DNA from: Mobula hypostoma
Lineage: Eukaryota
Direction: 5' to 3'
Assembly: GCF_963921235.1 (NCBI RefSeq)
Contig: NC_086097.1
Location: 118,112,001 to 118,176,000, forward strand
Length of the DNA stretch: 64,000 bases
The notes beneath the pieces are model-generated. The model was given only the letters and a program-made list of their open reading frames with translations. It searched no databases and was not told the origin of the DNA. Position numbers and translations under genes: made by a program. The stretch's first letter is position 1. Each line of letters begins with the position of its first letter. Positions 1-11,410 of this stretch are shown here, piece by piece.

Positions 1-1776
1 GAATGTTCAGCCCAGTGCAGAAACTCTTCCATGTTAGAGGCAATGAAGCATTGTAAAAATTTCTCTACTTGTTGATTGGCTCTTTCTGACTATCTGTTGT
101 CCTCTGGATATCATCCACAGACCAAACTCACTGAAGTGCAGAGGAGAGAGAAGAAGGCTCACCAGAAACAGGAGACAAATTGTGGGCCCCAGTTCACAAT
201 GATGTCCTAAGAAAACCATGGAGTTGAACTATATGTTGCAGAACAAGTTCCGCCGTCTCAGCAGTTGAAGTTTGAAGAGGGCAATGAACCGGGCCGCCTT
301 GGAGAACCGGTCCACCATTGTCATGATCACCCTGGCCCCATTGAAAGGTGCCAAAACTGGTAGTGAAATCCATGGCAATGTGGGACCACAGGTGTTGAGC
401 GATCGGCAGGGGCTGCAGGAGCCTAGAGGGCCATTGTCTGGGAACCTGCAATGAGCATATTGAGGGCAGACAGCCATGGACTGATGTATATTTGCCATCA
501 TGGTGAATCACCAGAACCGGCATCGCAGAAAATGCACCTGGATGGCTGGAGAGGGGTGAGGAGACGGCCCACTGGAGTGCTTCTGGGGGCAAGGCCACAA
601 GCTGATATCAGGTGTGAAGGCCAGAGAAGGTTCATGCTCGAGGGCCTGGCAGATCCGTTTCTTGAGACCCAAACAAACAGGGTGAGGAACTGCAAGGATG
701 GAATGATGTGCTGAGGGCCGAATGGCTGAGGCAGGGCATCTGCGTTAGTGTTCTTGGAGCCAGATCAGTAGGAGATGAAGATGAATTGCTCAAAGAAGGC
801 CCAGTGAGCTTAATGTGGGCTGAGTTGGCAGGTCTGTTGTATGGATGAGGTTCTAGTAGTCAGTCCAGATCAGGAAAAGCTTGGTGTTTTCCATCAGCCA
901 ATATTTCCATTAATATGAGTAGCTCCTTGTCTCCTACTCCATGGCAGCGTTGTGTAGAGTTGAGTTTGCATGAGAAGAAGGCACAAGGTTGTGTCTTCCT
1001 GTCCGTCCTCACTGGTAGATGTTGGCTCCAGCACCCATATCAGATGCATCCACCTCTACCACAAAGGTCTGGAGGAGTTCAGAAGGCAGAGAACGGGAGC
1101 GGTGGTGAAGCATCTTTTGAGCTTCTCAAAAGTGCTGTCCATGGCAGCAGAACTGGTTATCTGAGAGGGCGATGAGAGGAGCAGTAGTTTGGCTGTACTT
1201 CCTGATGAAATGGCAGAATAAGTTGGAGGAGCCTAAGAAGCACTATAGTTACTTGAGTGAGTGCGCTCTGGGCCATTCAGTGACAGCTCATTGGGTGTTT
1301 GGTTCTGCTTTGAGGTGAAAGGAGGTAACACAGGAAGGAAATGACCGGAAAGTGGGACTGGCATTTCTCTAACTTGCAAGACAGGTGTTTTTCAAGGAGA
1401 TGTTAAAGGACTGAATGGACATGACAGATGTGGTCTTGGGAGATCCTTGGGGAAGACAAGGATGTCATCGAAGTAGATGAACACATACCTGTGTAGCATG
1501 TTTCAGAGGATCTCACTGATAATTGAAAACAGCTGGACTGTTTAAAAGTCCAAAAGGCAACACCAAGTATCCGTAGTGGGTGTAATGAATGCAGTCTTTC
1601 ACTCATCCACCTGGCTGATACAAATCAGTTTGTACACACTCTCCAGCTTCAGTGTGGTGAACATCTGGGCCCCACAGAGTGTTTCCAATGCACTATCTGG
1701 ATCATGTGCTTATGTTGACAATCAAGTTCCTTTAGACAAGCAGACTCTGCTGGGTCAATTGTTTGTTCACTCATCC
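1..1776 (-). mobile_element. Degenerate Ty3/Gypsy (Tf1/sushi-like) internal region: RT/RNase H/integrase remnants, largely deleted gag
   Basis: Integrase motifs LLQPLPIAQHLWSHIAMDFTT, MVDRFSKAARFIAL, TAETAELVLQHIVQLHG in broken frames; gag-start-like TTGACCCAGCAG just inside the LTR. Confidence 0.85.
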
Positions 1777-2079
1777 TGTCAGGAAATGTAGTGGAGGCTT
1801 GACCCAAACACAAAGCAGCAGAGAGCAATCATTTCAATAAAAACTGCAAAATAACAAGCCATAAGGGGTCACAAAACAAGAGAGAACAGATATTTAACAT
1901 GATGAGGTAACTGAAGACTGGGATCAACTGGTTAGGGCTGGGTGGTACACTAGGTGAACAAGGACTGAGGATGGGAGCAAGGTTTAAATAGGCTGCAGGT
2001 TATGAGTTGGAACCAAGTTGCAGGTGGCTCCTGTTAGCTAAGTGGGGACTGAGTGGTGCCTGCCTGTGCAGGCCTGACC
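1777..2079 (-). mobile_element. 5' LTR of the Tf1/sushi-like Gypsy element
   Basis: Plus strand starts TGTCAGG and ends GGCCTGAC(C); TATTTAAA on minus at 1983-1990; homologous to the solo LTR at 38956-40871. Confidence 0.75.
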
Positions 2080-2084
2080 CTTGG

Positions 2085-2366
2085 AGTCCAAGTCCATAAC
2101 TCACTGAAATTGACTGCATAAGTTAATAGGGTGGCAAAGAAGGAATATGGTATGCTTGCCTTTATTAGTTGAAATATTGAGTTCAAGAGTCAGGAAGTTA
2201 TGCTCAGCTTTCTAATCTCTGGTCAGGTCACTTTTGTAACATTGCATTCAGTTCTGTTCCCCCATTATAAGAAAGAGGTGAAGGATTTGGAATGGGTGGA
2301 GAACAGGTTTACCAGGATACTGCCTGGATTAGAAGGTATGTGCTATGAGAAGAGATTGGATAAACC
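2085..2366 (+). mobile_element. CR1 LINE fragment (resumes about 3750-3860 after an insertion)
   Basis: Typical CR1 ORF2 C-terminal sequence (GMLAFISxNIEFKSQEVM..., RFTRILPGL). Confidence 0.75.
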
Positions 2367-3749
2367 TTGATTCTTGGTTCTTGGTTCTTGATCCTCCAAA
2401 ATATTCCGCATGGAATTTAAACTGGAGGTGGCAGAGGGTGGACTTAAGAAAGAGATTTTTGAAGGAGAAAAGCTGCCTTAAATTTAATTGGGTTTGGTTC
2501 TGTGACCATGGTAGGATGAAGATTATTCCATGCTTTAATTGTGTGGGGGTAAAATGAATTGCTGTACACATCTGACTTGATGGTTAGTATTTCAAATTGA
2601 ATTGAGTGCCCTCGTCTGTTCCTAATAGGTTTAGGTTTGATGTGGGATTGGTAGTCTATGTCGAGCTGACCATTCAACATTTTGTAAAAACAGGTCAGGT
2701 GGTGTGCTTCACGCCTATCTTTGATAGAGTTCCACTTTAATGAATTTTAAAATTGAGTAACTCTCGCTTCTCTCTCATATGTATCGGGCTGCCTGTCTTT
2801 GGACTCGCTCGATGGAAGTAATATTTTTGTTTGTGTATGGGTCCCATGCAGTAACTGCATATTCCAAACGTGGCCTAACAAGGCTGAGGTACAACTTCTC
2901 CTCGACTGAAGTTGAACAAAGATGAAAATTGCCTCTCAAAAAATTTAGGGCTCCTGTTGCATTCACTGTTGCATGATGCATCTGACTATTCCAGCATAGA
3001 TCATTCTGGATTTTGATACCAAGATACTTGATCTGCTTGGTTTCTTCAAGGGTGACACCCAGGATTTTATATGATGTTTTACCTGGTTTTCTCTTCCTGG
3101 TGACACGCATGGTTTCACATTTGGAAGGATTGAACTGCATGGCCCATTGTTGTGACCACTCAACCATACTATCAAGATCTTTTTGGAGAGCATCTTCAAC
3201 ATCAGCTGATTTAATTGGATGGTATATCAAACAATCATCAGCAAAAAGTCTGGTGGTACTTGTGATTTTTTTGTGGATGTCATTAATGTAAAATAAAAGC
3301 AAATGTGGGCCCAGCACTGCGCCCTGGCGTGTACCACTTAACACTGCAATTTAGAGCTTTTTCCTTTCACACGTACACACTGAGGACATTTTGTCAAGAA
3401 AATGGAAATCCATCTTTTAATATTGAAGCGGACACCGTAGAAGTCGAGCTTCCTAAGTAATCTTTGGTGAGGAATTTAACATCAAATGCTTTGGAGAAGT
3501 CGAGCACTACTAACTCATTGATGACATTGTTATCAAAATTTTTGGCTAGGTCATTTATTGTCAGGATAAGCTGAGGCTCGCTTGATCTATGCTTCCTAAG
3601 AGCATGCTGATTGTCAGCAAAAAATATTGTGTCTGCTAAGGTACCTCATCAGATTGCTGTCAATTATGTGCTCCAAGAATTTACAAGAAGTGCTTGTTAA
3701 AGAAAGGTCGATAATTTGCTGGGTTGGTGGTCGGACCCTTCTTAAAGAC
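2367..3749 (-). mobile_element. 5'-truncated CR1-group LINE of a lineage distinct from the dominant CR1, inserted into a CR1 copy
   Basis: RT motifs VFKKG..NPANYRP, QGAVLGP, RLFADDCLIY, LVRPRLEYA...WDP, IERVQRQAAR; 3' tail (AAGAACC)n at about 2367-2390. Confidence 0.85.
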
Positions 3750-3859
3750 CCTTCTTCCTTTGCAACAGTGGAAGCTAAGAGGCAACCCGATAAAAGTTTA
3801 TAAAATTATCATAAATGTAGATATGGTAGACAGCTGAAATATTTTTCCCAAGGCCAAAA

Positions 3860-4170
3860 GAAATTTCCACTCAGATTCCTCTTAGATGTTTCACCTTTCA
3901 CTCTAAGTATATGACCTTTAGTCCCAGTGTCACACAAACTCAGTAGTAAAACTGCATGTATTCACACTATTTATATTCCTCATAATTTTGCATACCTCTA
4001 ATAAGATCTTCCCTCATTCTTCTGCACACAAGGGAATGAATCCTAATCTGTCCAACTTTCCCTATAAATCAGGTCCTCAAGAACTGGTAACATCCTCGTA
4101 AAATTTCTTCGCACTCTTTTAGGCTTTTAATATCTTTCCTATAGATTGGTGACAGGAACTGTACTCAACA
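3860..4170 (-). mobile_element. CR1 LINE fragment
   Basis: Reverse complement of CR1 ORF2 C-terminal sequence. Confidence 0.6.
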
Positions 4171-4962
4171 GATAGCCACATGAATATGCAGAGAATGGAG
4201 CAAACTGGACTTGTGTAGGCAGAAAGGACTAATTTAATGTGTTTAGCACAGCATTGTGCATTGATGCATGTGTCCCTGTGCTGTTCTGTTCTATTTTCCA
4301 CATTCTCTTCGGCTTGAATTGCTGAGAAATTCCAGTATTTCTCTTCTTATTTATAACTTCATGAAACATTGCCACCAGATGAATCAAACTGGTGCATATG
4401 AATTTTTTAAAGGGAAGGTACTAGTTGTCACTCATCACTTCTGAAAGTACTTGGGAATAGGCACCATTTTCAGATGTCTCTCAAGATCTCAGTTGAAGAG
4501 TTAGTTCCCTTCAGAGGCCCACCTACACACTTATTCTATAATGAAGCAGTCAAGTATCTGGATATATTGGAGAAGGTGCAGAAGGGATCAACTATGATGT
4601 TTGCTGGATAGGAGACTATTAGCTAGACAAGTCAAGTTATTGTCATTTAACTATATACATACTTATAACGTCTATAACCACATAGTGTATATAGAAATGG
4701 GACAACATTTCTCCGAACCAGAACGTAAAGCATATAACACACATAACACACAATAACTTATGAAGGTAAGGATAAAATCTACAGATGAATCACGCATAAA
4801 TACGAACTAGCATGCATTAATCCTAAATATCGTAAGGTACGGAACAGATTAACCAGTGACACTTAGAATATAATGTGGCAGGGAGTTCAGAAGCCTAATA
4901 ACCTGGGGGAAGAAACTGTTTCCCATCCTGATTGATCTTGTTTTATTGCATTAGGGTCTCCT

Positions 4963-6380
4963 TGTCATGGTCCGGAACAGGGTCCCTTTAAATTTAGCTT
5001 GTTTATGTTACGATCTGGACCGTTGATTCTCTATTTTCCCATGTTCCTCGACTTTGGTGATTAGAGGCAATTAACACTCGGCTGAAACGATAGTTTATAG
5101 TCTCTGTCTTTCAGCTGTTCGGTGCGGGAGTGTCTGCAAAGTCTGCAAAGTCACGGCATGCCAATGTCATCTGGCCGGAGCAAGCCTTGTCTCCACCCGA
5201 AGCGTGTGCTGGTAATTCACCTGTCCTCACCGGAGCAACCCAGTCCAGTTACCTCGCCGAAACGAGCCTGCAAAGTTTCCTAATCAAGGTGGGTCCATCA
5301 GTTAACCCGCCGGAGAGCATCAAAAGCCACTGTCTACTGTTCCTGGGCCGAGTCGAGAGCTCAGCACTACCCGGAGGCTCCAAGCACCATGTCCTGGCTC
5401 CGGCGGCATCCAAGTACCATGTCCACGTCCTGGCTCTTGCAGCATTCAAGTACCACGTCCAAGTCCTGACCCTGGCAGCGTTCAAGTACCAAGCAAGTCC
5501 TGGCCCTGGCGGCATTCAAGTACCATGTCAAGTCCTGGCCCTGGCGGCATTCAAGTACCATGTCCAGTCCTGGCCCTGGCGGCTTCCCAGTTCCGAGTCT
5601 AGTCCTGGCCCTGGCGGTCTGTGATTCCTGTCCTACCCCCTTGTCTGAATCCCTTCTCTGCCCCTCTCGCCTCTAGCCCTCGTCTGCAGCCCCCACCTGC
5701 ACTTCGGTCTAGTTCCATCACCGGAGCTAAATCGGTACTGCCTGGTGTTCATTCGTGTTGGTCTTGTCTTGTCTCGTCCTCGCCTCCGTGGGGTAAGTCT
5801 GGCCATCTTCCCGTTGCCCTGTGGGGAGTCATGTCTTGTCTTGTCCTGTCCTCGCCTCTGTGGGGTAAGTCAGGCCGTCTTGCCGTTGCCCCGCGGGGAG
5901 TCGTGTCTTGTCTTGTCTTGTCCTCTGTTCTGTGTGTGAGTCCTGGCCCTATGTCCTGTGCCCTAGGAGGGATCCCGGTTCTCTGTTCTGTGTATGTGTC
6001 CAAGGTTCCATGTACCTGCTGTCCCGAGACCGAGGCTCTGTTTTCCATGTTCTTCCTCTCCCTAGCCCATGTCATGTCCATACCTGGTTCTGGGGTCCGA
6101 GCCCGAGGCAAGACCCAGGTACTGCGTCCTTGCCCAGTCTCGGGCTCGGAGTCCATACCCTAGCCTCTTCATGTCTCCGCTAGTTCTGGGATCCGATTCC
6201 GAGTCCAAGCCCAGACCCTTGGTCCCAGCCTAGTCGTAGTCCTGAATCCTTATCCTGTCCGCTATTCCTGCTTGTGTCTTGATCTCCTGGTATCGTACCA
6301 TAAACTAAACCTAAGTAACCTCACAAGATGTGTCTTGCATTTGGGCCCACCCTTGCTCCCAATGCCCTGCCTTTGTGACA
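4963..6380 (+). mobile_element. Solo LTR (Gypsy-type, 1418 bp) with internal minisatellites
   Basis: TGTCA...TGACA termini; perfect 5-bp TSD CTCCT (4958-4962, 6381-6385). Confidence 0.85.
5380..5620 (+). repeat. Minisatellite of ~30-36 bp units (GTCCTGGCCCTGGCGGCATTCAAGTACCATGTC..) inside the solo LTR
   Basis: About 6 imperfect copies seen directly; a second ~62-bp tandem pair at about 5760-5925. Confidence 0.9.
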
Positions 6381-6844
6381 CTCCTGCCTGATGGTACAAA
6401 GTCAAAGAGGATTTGGATTGATGGGTGGGTTCCCTAATAATACTAAGGTCCCTGTGTACACAGTGCTCCTGATAAATGTCCCCGTGGATGGAAGGGAGAC
6501 CCTTATGATCCTCTCAGCTGTTCTCACAGACAGATATCAGATGAAGTTGCAACTTGTCAGGATGTCTCAATGGTGCTCCTGTAAAATGCACTTAAGTCGA
6601 GGGGGTGGTGGGGTGGGGAGCCTTGTTTGGTTCAATCTTCTTTGGAAGTAGAGGGGCTGGTGTGGCTTCTTCTTCCGGGAGGTGATACTAAGGAACCAGG
6701 TCAGGTCATGGTGATATAAGCTCCTAGGGACCTGGTGCACATAACTCTCTATGGAGGAGCCATGCATTCACAGAGCGGATGGTTTGTCTGCACTTTCCTG
6801 AAGTCCACAATGATTTCCTTTGTCTTCACCATATTCAGGCTTAG

Positions 6845-7604
6845 TGCAGACTGTTATATAAATGGGGAGAAGGTTCAAATATCAGAAGTGTAGAGCGACT
6901 TAGGTGTCCTTGTGCAAGACTCCCAGAAGGTTAATTCACAGGTTGAGTCTGTGGTAAAGAAGGCAATGCAATGTTGGCATTTATTTCAAGGGGAATAGAA
7001 TATAAAAGCAAGGAGATAATGCTGACACTTTGTAAGACACTAGTCAGGCCACACTTGGAGTATTGTCAACAGTTTTGGGCCCCATATCTCAGAAAGGATG
7101 TGTTGTCGTTGGAGAGAGTCCAAAAGAAGTGCACGAGGATGATTCCAGGATTGAAGGGGTTAACATATGGGGCGTGTTTGGCAGCTTTGGGTCTGTATTC
7201 ACTGGAATTTAGAAGAATGCATGGGGATCTCATTGAAACCTACCAAATGTTAAAAGGACTGGATAAGGTTGTTGTGAAGAGGATGTTTCCTGTGGTGGAG
7301 GTATCCAGAACTAGAGAACACAGCCTCGAAATTGAGGGGTGACCCTTTAGAACAGAGGTAAGGAGAGTAGTCCGAAAGTAGTGGATCTGTGGAATGCTCT
7401 GCCACAGACTGCAGTGGAGGCCAAGTCCGTGGGTATATTTAAGGCAGAAGTTGATAGTTTCCTGGTCAGTCAGGGTATCAAAGGATATGGCGAGAAGGCA
7501 GCTGTATGGGGTTGAATAGGATCCAGGATCAACCATGAAGGAATGGTGGAGCAGACTCGATGGGCTGAATGGCCTAATTCTGCTCCTATGTCTTCCGGTC
7601 TTAT
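6845..7604 (+). mobile_element. CR1 LINE 3' fragment
   Basis: MLAFISRGIEYKSKE..LVRPHLEYCQQFWAPYLRKD; CR1 3' end GGCCTAATTCTGCTCCTATGTCTT. Confidence 0.9.
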
Positions 7605-9049
7605 GGTTGTTCTTCTCACACCAATCCACCAGCCATTTCACTTCCTCTCTATACTCTGTCTCAGCCTGATGAGGCCCATCGCTGTTGTCTCATCCACGCA
7701 CTTCATGACACGGTTTCAGCTGAGTCCTGTGTCAGCAGTGAGAACAGCAGCGGGCTGAACATGCAGCCCTGGGGAGCGCAGGTGCTCAGTGCAATAGGAC
7801 TAGAGATGTCACTGCCCACGTGGATTTTCTGTGGCCTTATTGTTAAGAAGTCCAGTATCCAGTTGCAGAGGGAGGTGTTGAGACACAGCAAGGACAGTTT
7901 CTTCACCAGCTTTTGGGGTATCATGGTGTTAAATGCCAAACTGAATCCTTTAAACAGAAGTCTGGCATACGAGAGTCTATTTTCCAGGTTGGACAGGCCA
8001 GAGTGGAGGGCAATGGCTATTCTGTTGTCAGTACATCAATTTGTGCGATAAGTGAACTGGAAAGGGTCTAATGTAGCCATGAGTAAGGTTTTAATGTGCT
8101 CTATGACTAGCCACTCAAAGCATTTCATAATGGTTGATGTTATTCCCACTGGACCATAGTCACTTAGGCAGGTTACCGTCACCTTCTTTGGCACTGGAAT
8201 GATGGTTGCTGCCTTGAAAACTGAAGGGGCAATGGATTGTTCCAGAGAGATGTTGAATATCCATCAGCGCCTCCGTTAGCTGGGCTGCACAGTCTTTCAA
8301 AACCTGACCCGGTACATTATCAGGCCCCACAGCTTTGCGTGGGTTGACTCTGGCCAGCGTCTTCCTCCCCTCAGCTTCAACCAGACAGAGTGTCTGCTCG
8401 TCTGGAGGGGAGGAGTGCCTTCTTTGCCAGCACTTTGTTCTGCACCTCAAACTAGGCATAGAAGACAGTCGGCCTCTCAGAGAGTGAAGCATCCTGGTCA
8501 CTGACACACAGGGTAGACTTGAAGTCTGTAATCTTCTGAATTCCCGGCCACATGTGCCTCGTGTCCCTGGTATTGCAGAAGTGGCTGTAAGTTCTCTGAG
8601 AACGCTCCCATTTTTGCCACCCTGATAAAGCGGAAAAGCATAGTTCTTGCTTCCCTGAGAGCTGTCGCATCTGCTGATTTAAATCCCACGATCCCTCAGC
8701 TGTACATGGATCTCTGCAGTAAGCTATGGTTTCTGATTTTCCCTCACCCGGATGTGTTTCCTGATGGTGACGTGCTCAGTACACTTCTCCAGGTAGCTGG
8801 TCACAGTATCCATATATTCCTCGATGTTAATGTGGTTGCCATAGGTAGCAGCCTTCCTGAACATTCTCTAGTTCGTATTATCAAAGCAGTCCTGCAGTGC
8901 AGATATTGCACCCTCAGGCCAGGTTTTCACCACGTTTCAAACAAATTTGTTGGACTATTATTATTTTTTTCTCTCTCTCTCTCTCGGGAATATTGCAGAA
9001 ATATATACACCTATGAGTGGTATAGGTCGGGTAGATCCTTGGTATAGAA

Positions 9050-9510
9050 TGTTGTATCTGACTAAAACTGAGGCACACAAAAGCTGCAGCTGGAAAATAT
9101 AAAAGTCTTTATTCATGCAGCAAATTTCCAGGAGAGAGAGAGCTTAGGTGAGACAAAGAGAAACTCATTTCCTGACACAATGTTTTTATACATCTTCAAC
9201 ACAAAGATAACAATACGGGCTGACTGCAGTTTCATTTTCTATAGCCACCTGCTTAATTTTAACATTTGGAACATAGTCAGGCAAATTTACAGACCTGCTT
9301 ATTTATAACAGCACATCCCAACCAGCAAAAACCCTTTCAATACTGTACATTCCAAAAGCCCCTGAATGTGAACTGCGGACACCCAAAATAATCCCCTTTG
9401 TTACAGTGTTGAATGATGACTCCATCAATATACAACTAACTTAAAGGTTGAGTGAGAAAACAGAACTGTCCTGAACTGTGCACCTTTACACATTTAAAAC
9501 TGTGCTAATA
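9050..9510 (-). mobile_element. Probable ERV-type solo LTR related to the LTR at 53338-53683
   Basis: Minus-strand ends TATTAGCAC...TACAACA resemble TGTTAGCAC...TACAACA; similar TATAAA/AATAAA layout; only GAA is shared at the flanks. Confidence 0.55.
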
Positions 9511-9787
9511 GAAGGGCCATTCATCTAATATACTTCCCTAAGTTGTTTCCATGGAACAGAGAATGTCCCACACTCAGTGATTGATTTCACTAATCACATA
9601 GTATTAGTTGGAAATTAAGCTGTGTCCAGGTTTTATTTCCTGAAGACTGGTTCTCATTCGAATTAATCCATTATTATTCTAGCCAACATTATTCACCCTC
9701 CAAGTAATGATCTCTAGCATAGAAGATAGGCGAGGCAAGACTTTGTTTTACACGGGGAGGGATTAAATGCAGATATGATAGTAATAT

Positions 9788-10585
9788 CACTGGACAACAA
9801 AGATTTTGCTTCCTGAATACTTTCAGATGTATCTTAGAGATTTTGGGTTACTAATCATGAAAATCACCATGAAACTTCCCTATCACGAACCATTTTTTTA
9901 TGAAATTGCCTTTATTTTTAATTTCAATTTATAATTCAAGTCAGAATAACTGATGCCAAGATTAAGGAAGGCATTCTCGTTGGCCAACAAATCAAACAGG
10001 TCATCAATGACAAGCAATTCAAAGAACTTCTAGTGGGACTGGAAAAAATTGCATGGAAGACGTTAAAAAAAATTGTTGAAAATTTTCTTGGCAACTACAG
10101 AGCACCAAACTACATGCAACTGGTTGACAAGATGCTTCAAGCATACAAAACCATGAAGTGCAACATGTCACTGAAGGTTCAATTTCTGCATTCCCATTTA
10201 AACTTCTTCCCTGTAAACCTTGGCACTGTCAGTGACGGACATGGTGAAAGGTTTCACCAGGACATTGCGGTCATGGAGAAACGGTATCAGGGCAACTGGA
10301 ATCCATCAATGCAAGCTGATTATTGTTGGACACTAACGCAAGAAGCCTCCAATACTGAGTAGAAATGAAAAACATCAACAAAACCTTTTAGCTTAGTTGA
10401 ACTTGCAAATCATCAGTACCGTTCTGCAATTAAACAGATTATATTCAATAAAACTTAATTTCTTGTTTCTCCAAATTCCTATATGATACAAGTAGTCTGA
10501 AATTAGATATTTTTTTAGCTTTAAGCAGTCTATGAGAAAAAAAATCTGAGGAAGCAACACTTTCGAAAAAATTTGTTGTCCAATT
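9788..10585 (+). mobile_element. Internally deleted CMC-Chapaev3 DNA transposon
   Basis: ORF 10033-10362 MSLKVQFLHSHLNFFPVNLGTVSDGHGERFHQDI..MEKRYQG..ADYCW; TIRs CACTGGACAACAAA / TTTGTTGTCCAATT. Confidence 0.85.
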
Positions 10586-10754
10586 ATTAAGAGAACATTA
10601 GATAAGCTCATGAATTGGCAGCAATGGAAGGATATAGACCGATGTTGGGCAGATGGGATTTGTGAGATTGGCATCATGATCAGTGTGGATGTAATGGTCA
10701 AAGGGCCTAATTCTGTGCTGTACTATTGTATGTATCTAAGAATAATCAAACACA

Positions 10755-10925
10755 AACACATACAAAATACTGCAGCAACTCAGTAGGTCCGACAAAATCC
10801 ATGGGGAGGAATAATCATTTGATATTTTGTGCCAAGACCTGTCATCAGGACCAAAACGTTGACTGTTTATTCTTCTCCATAGATGCTGCCTGACCTGCTG
10901 ATTTCCTCCAGGATTTTGTGTGTTT
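10755..10925. repeat. Palindromic interspersed repeat (family common in ray/shark genomes); second copy at about 36620-37120 with a SINE inserted
   Basis: Imperfect inverted arms CAAAATACTGCAGCAACTCAGTAGGTC... / ...GACCTGCTGATTTCCTCCAGGATTTTGTG. Confidence 0.6.
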
Positions 10926-10999
10926 TACTCTGGATTTTCATCATCTGCAGAATCTCTTATGTTTCTGCCTGTAAGAAAGCTCTCCTCCCAAATTATTTA

Positions 11000-11410
11000 T
11001 GTATTTGGTTAGAGCACACCTGGAGTAGACCACACACTAGTTGCCTCATTATAGGAAGGATGTGGAAAGTTAGAGATGGTGCAGAGGAGACTTACCAGGG
11101 TGCTGCCTGGATTACAGAGCAACTCTTATGACAAAAGATTGAGCGAGCTAGGGCTTTTCTCTTTGGAGGGAAGAAGGATAAGTGTTGACTTGATAGAGGC
11201 TTACAAGATCATAAAAGGTATAGAATGGACAGCAGAGACATTTTCCCAGGACAGAAATGGCTAATATGAGGGACCATAGCTTGAAGGTGTTTGGAGAAAT
11301 GTATAGGGGGGATGTCAAAGATAGTTTTTTTTTAAATGCAGTGATTGGTCTGTGGAACACCCTGACGGGGTTGTGGCAGAGGAAGATACATTAGGGACAT
11401 TTAAGAGTCA
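11000..11410 (+). mobile_element. CR1 LINE fragment
   Basis: VQRRLTRVLPGL..SYDKRLSELGLFSLE.RR..DLIEAYKII. Confidence 0.8.

Larger units (their letters stand above)
4628..8720 (-). mobile_element. Degenerate Rex1/Babar-type LINE split by a solo LTR (4963-6380) and a CR1 (6845-7604)
   Basis: [71 protein letters not shown] rejoins across the CR1 insertion. Confidence 0.8.

Noticed and set aside
5380..5620. CRISPR-like regularly spaced repeats
   Set aside because: Head-to-tail tandem units without unique spacers, no cas genes, eukaryotic context
5130..6183. Several 90-180 aa ORFs with repetitive peptides
   Set aside because: They are translations of minisatellites inside a solo LTR, with no domain motifs
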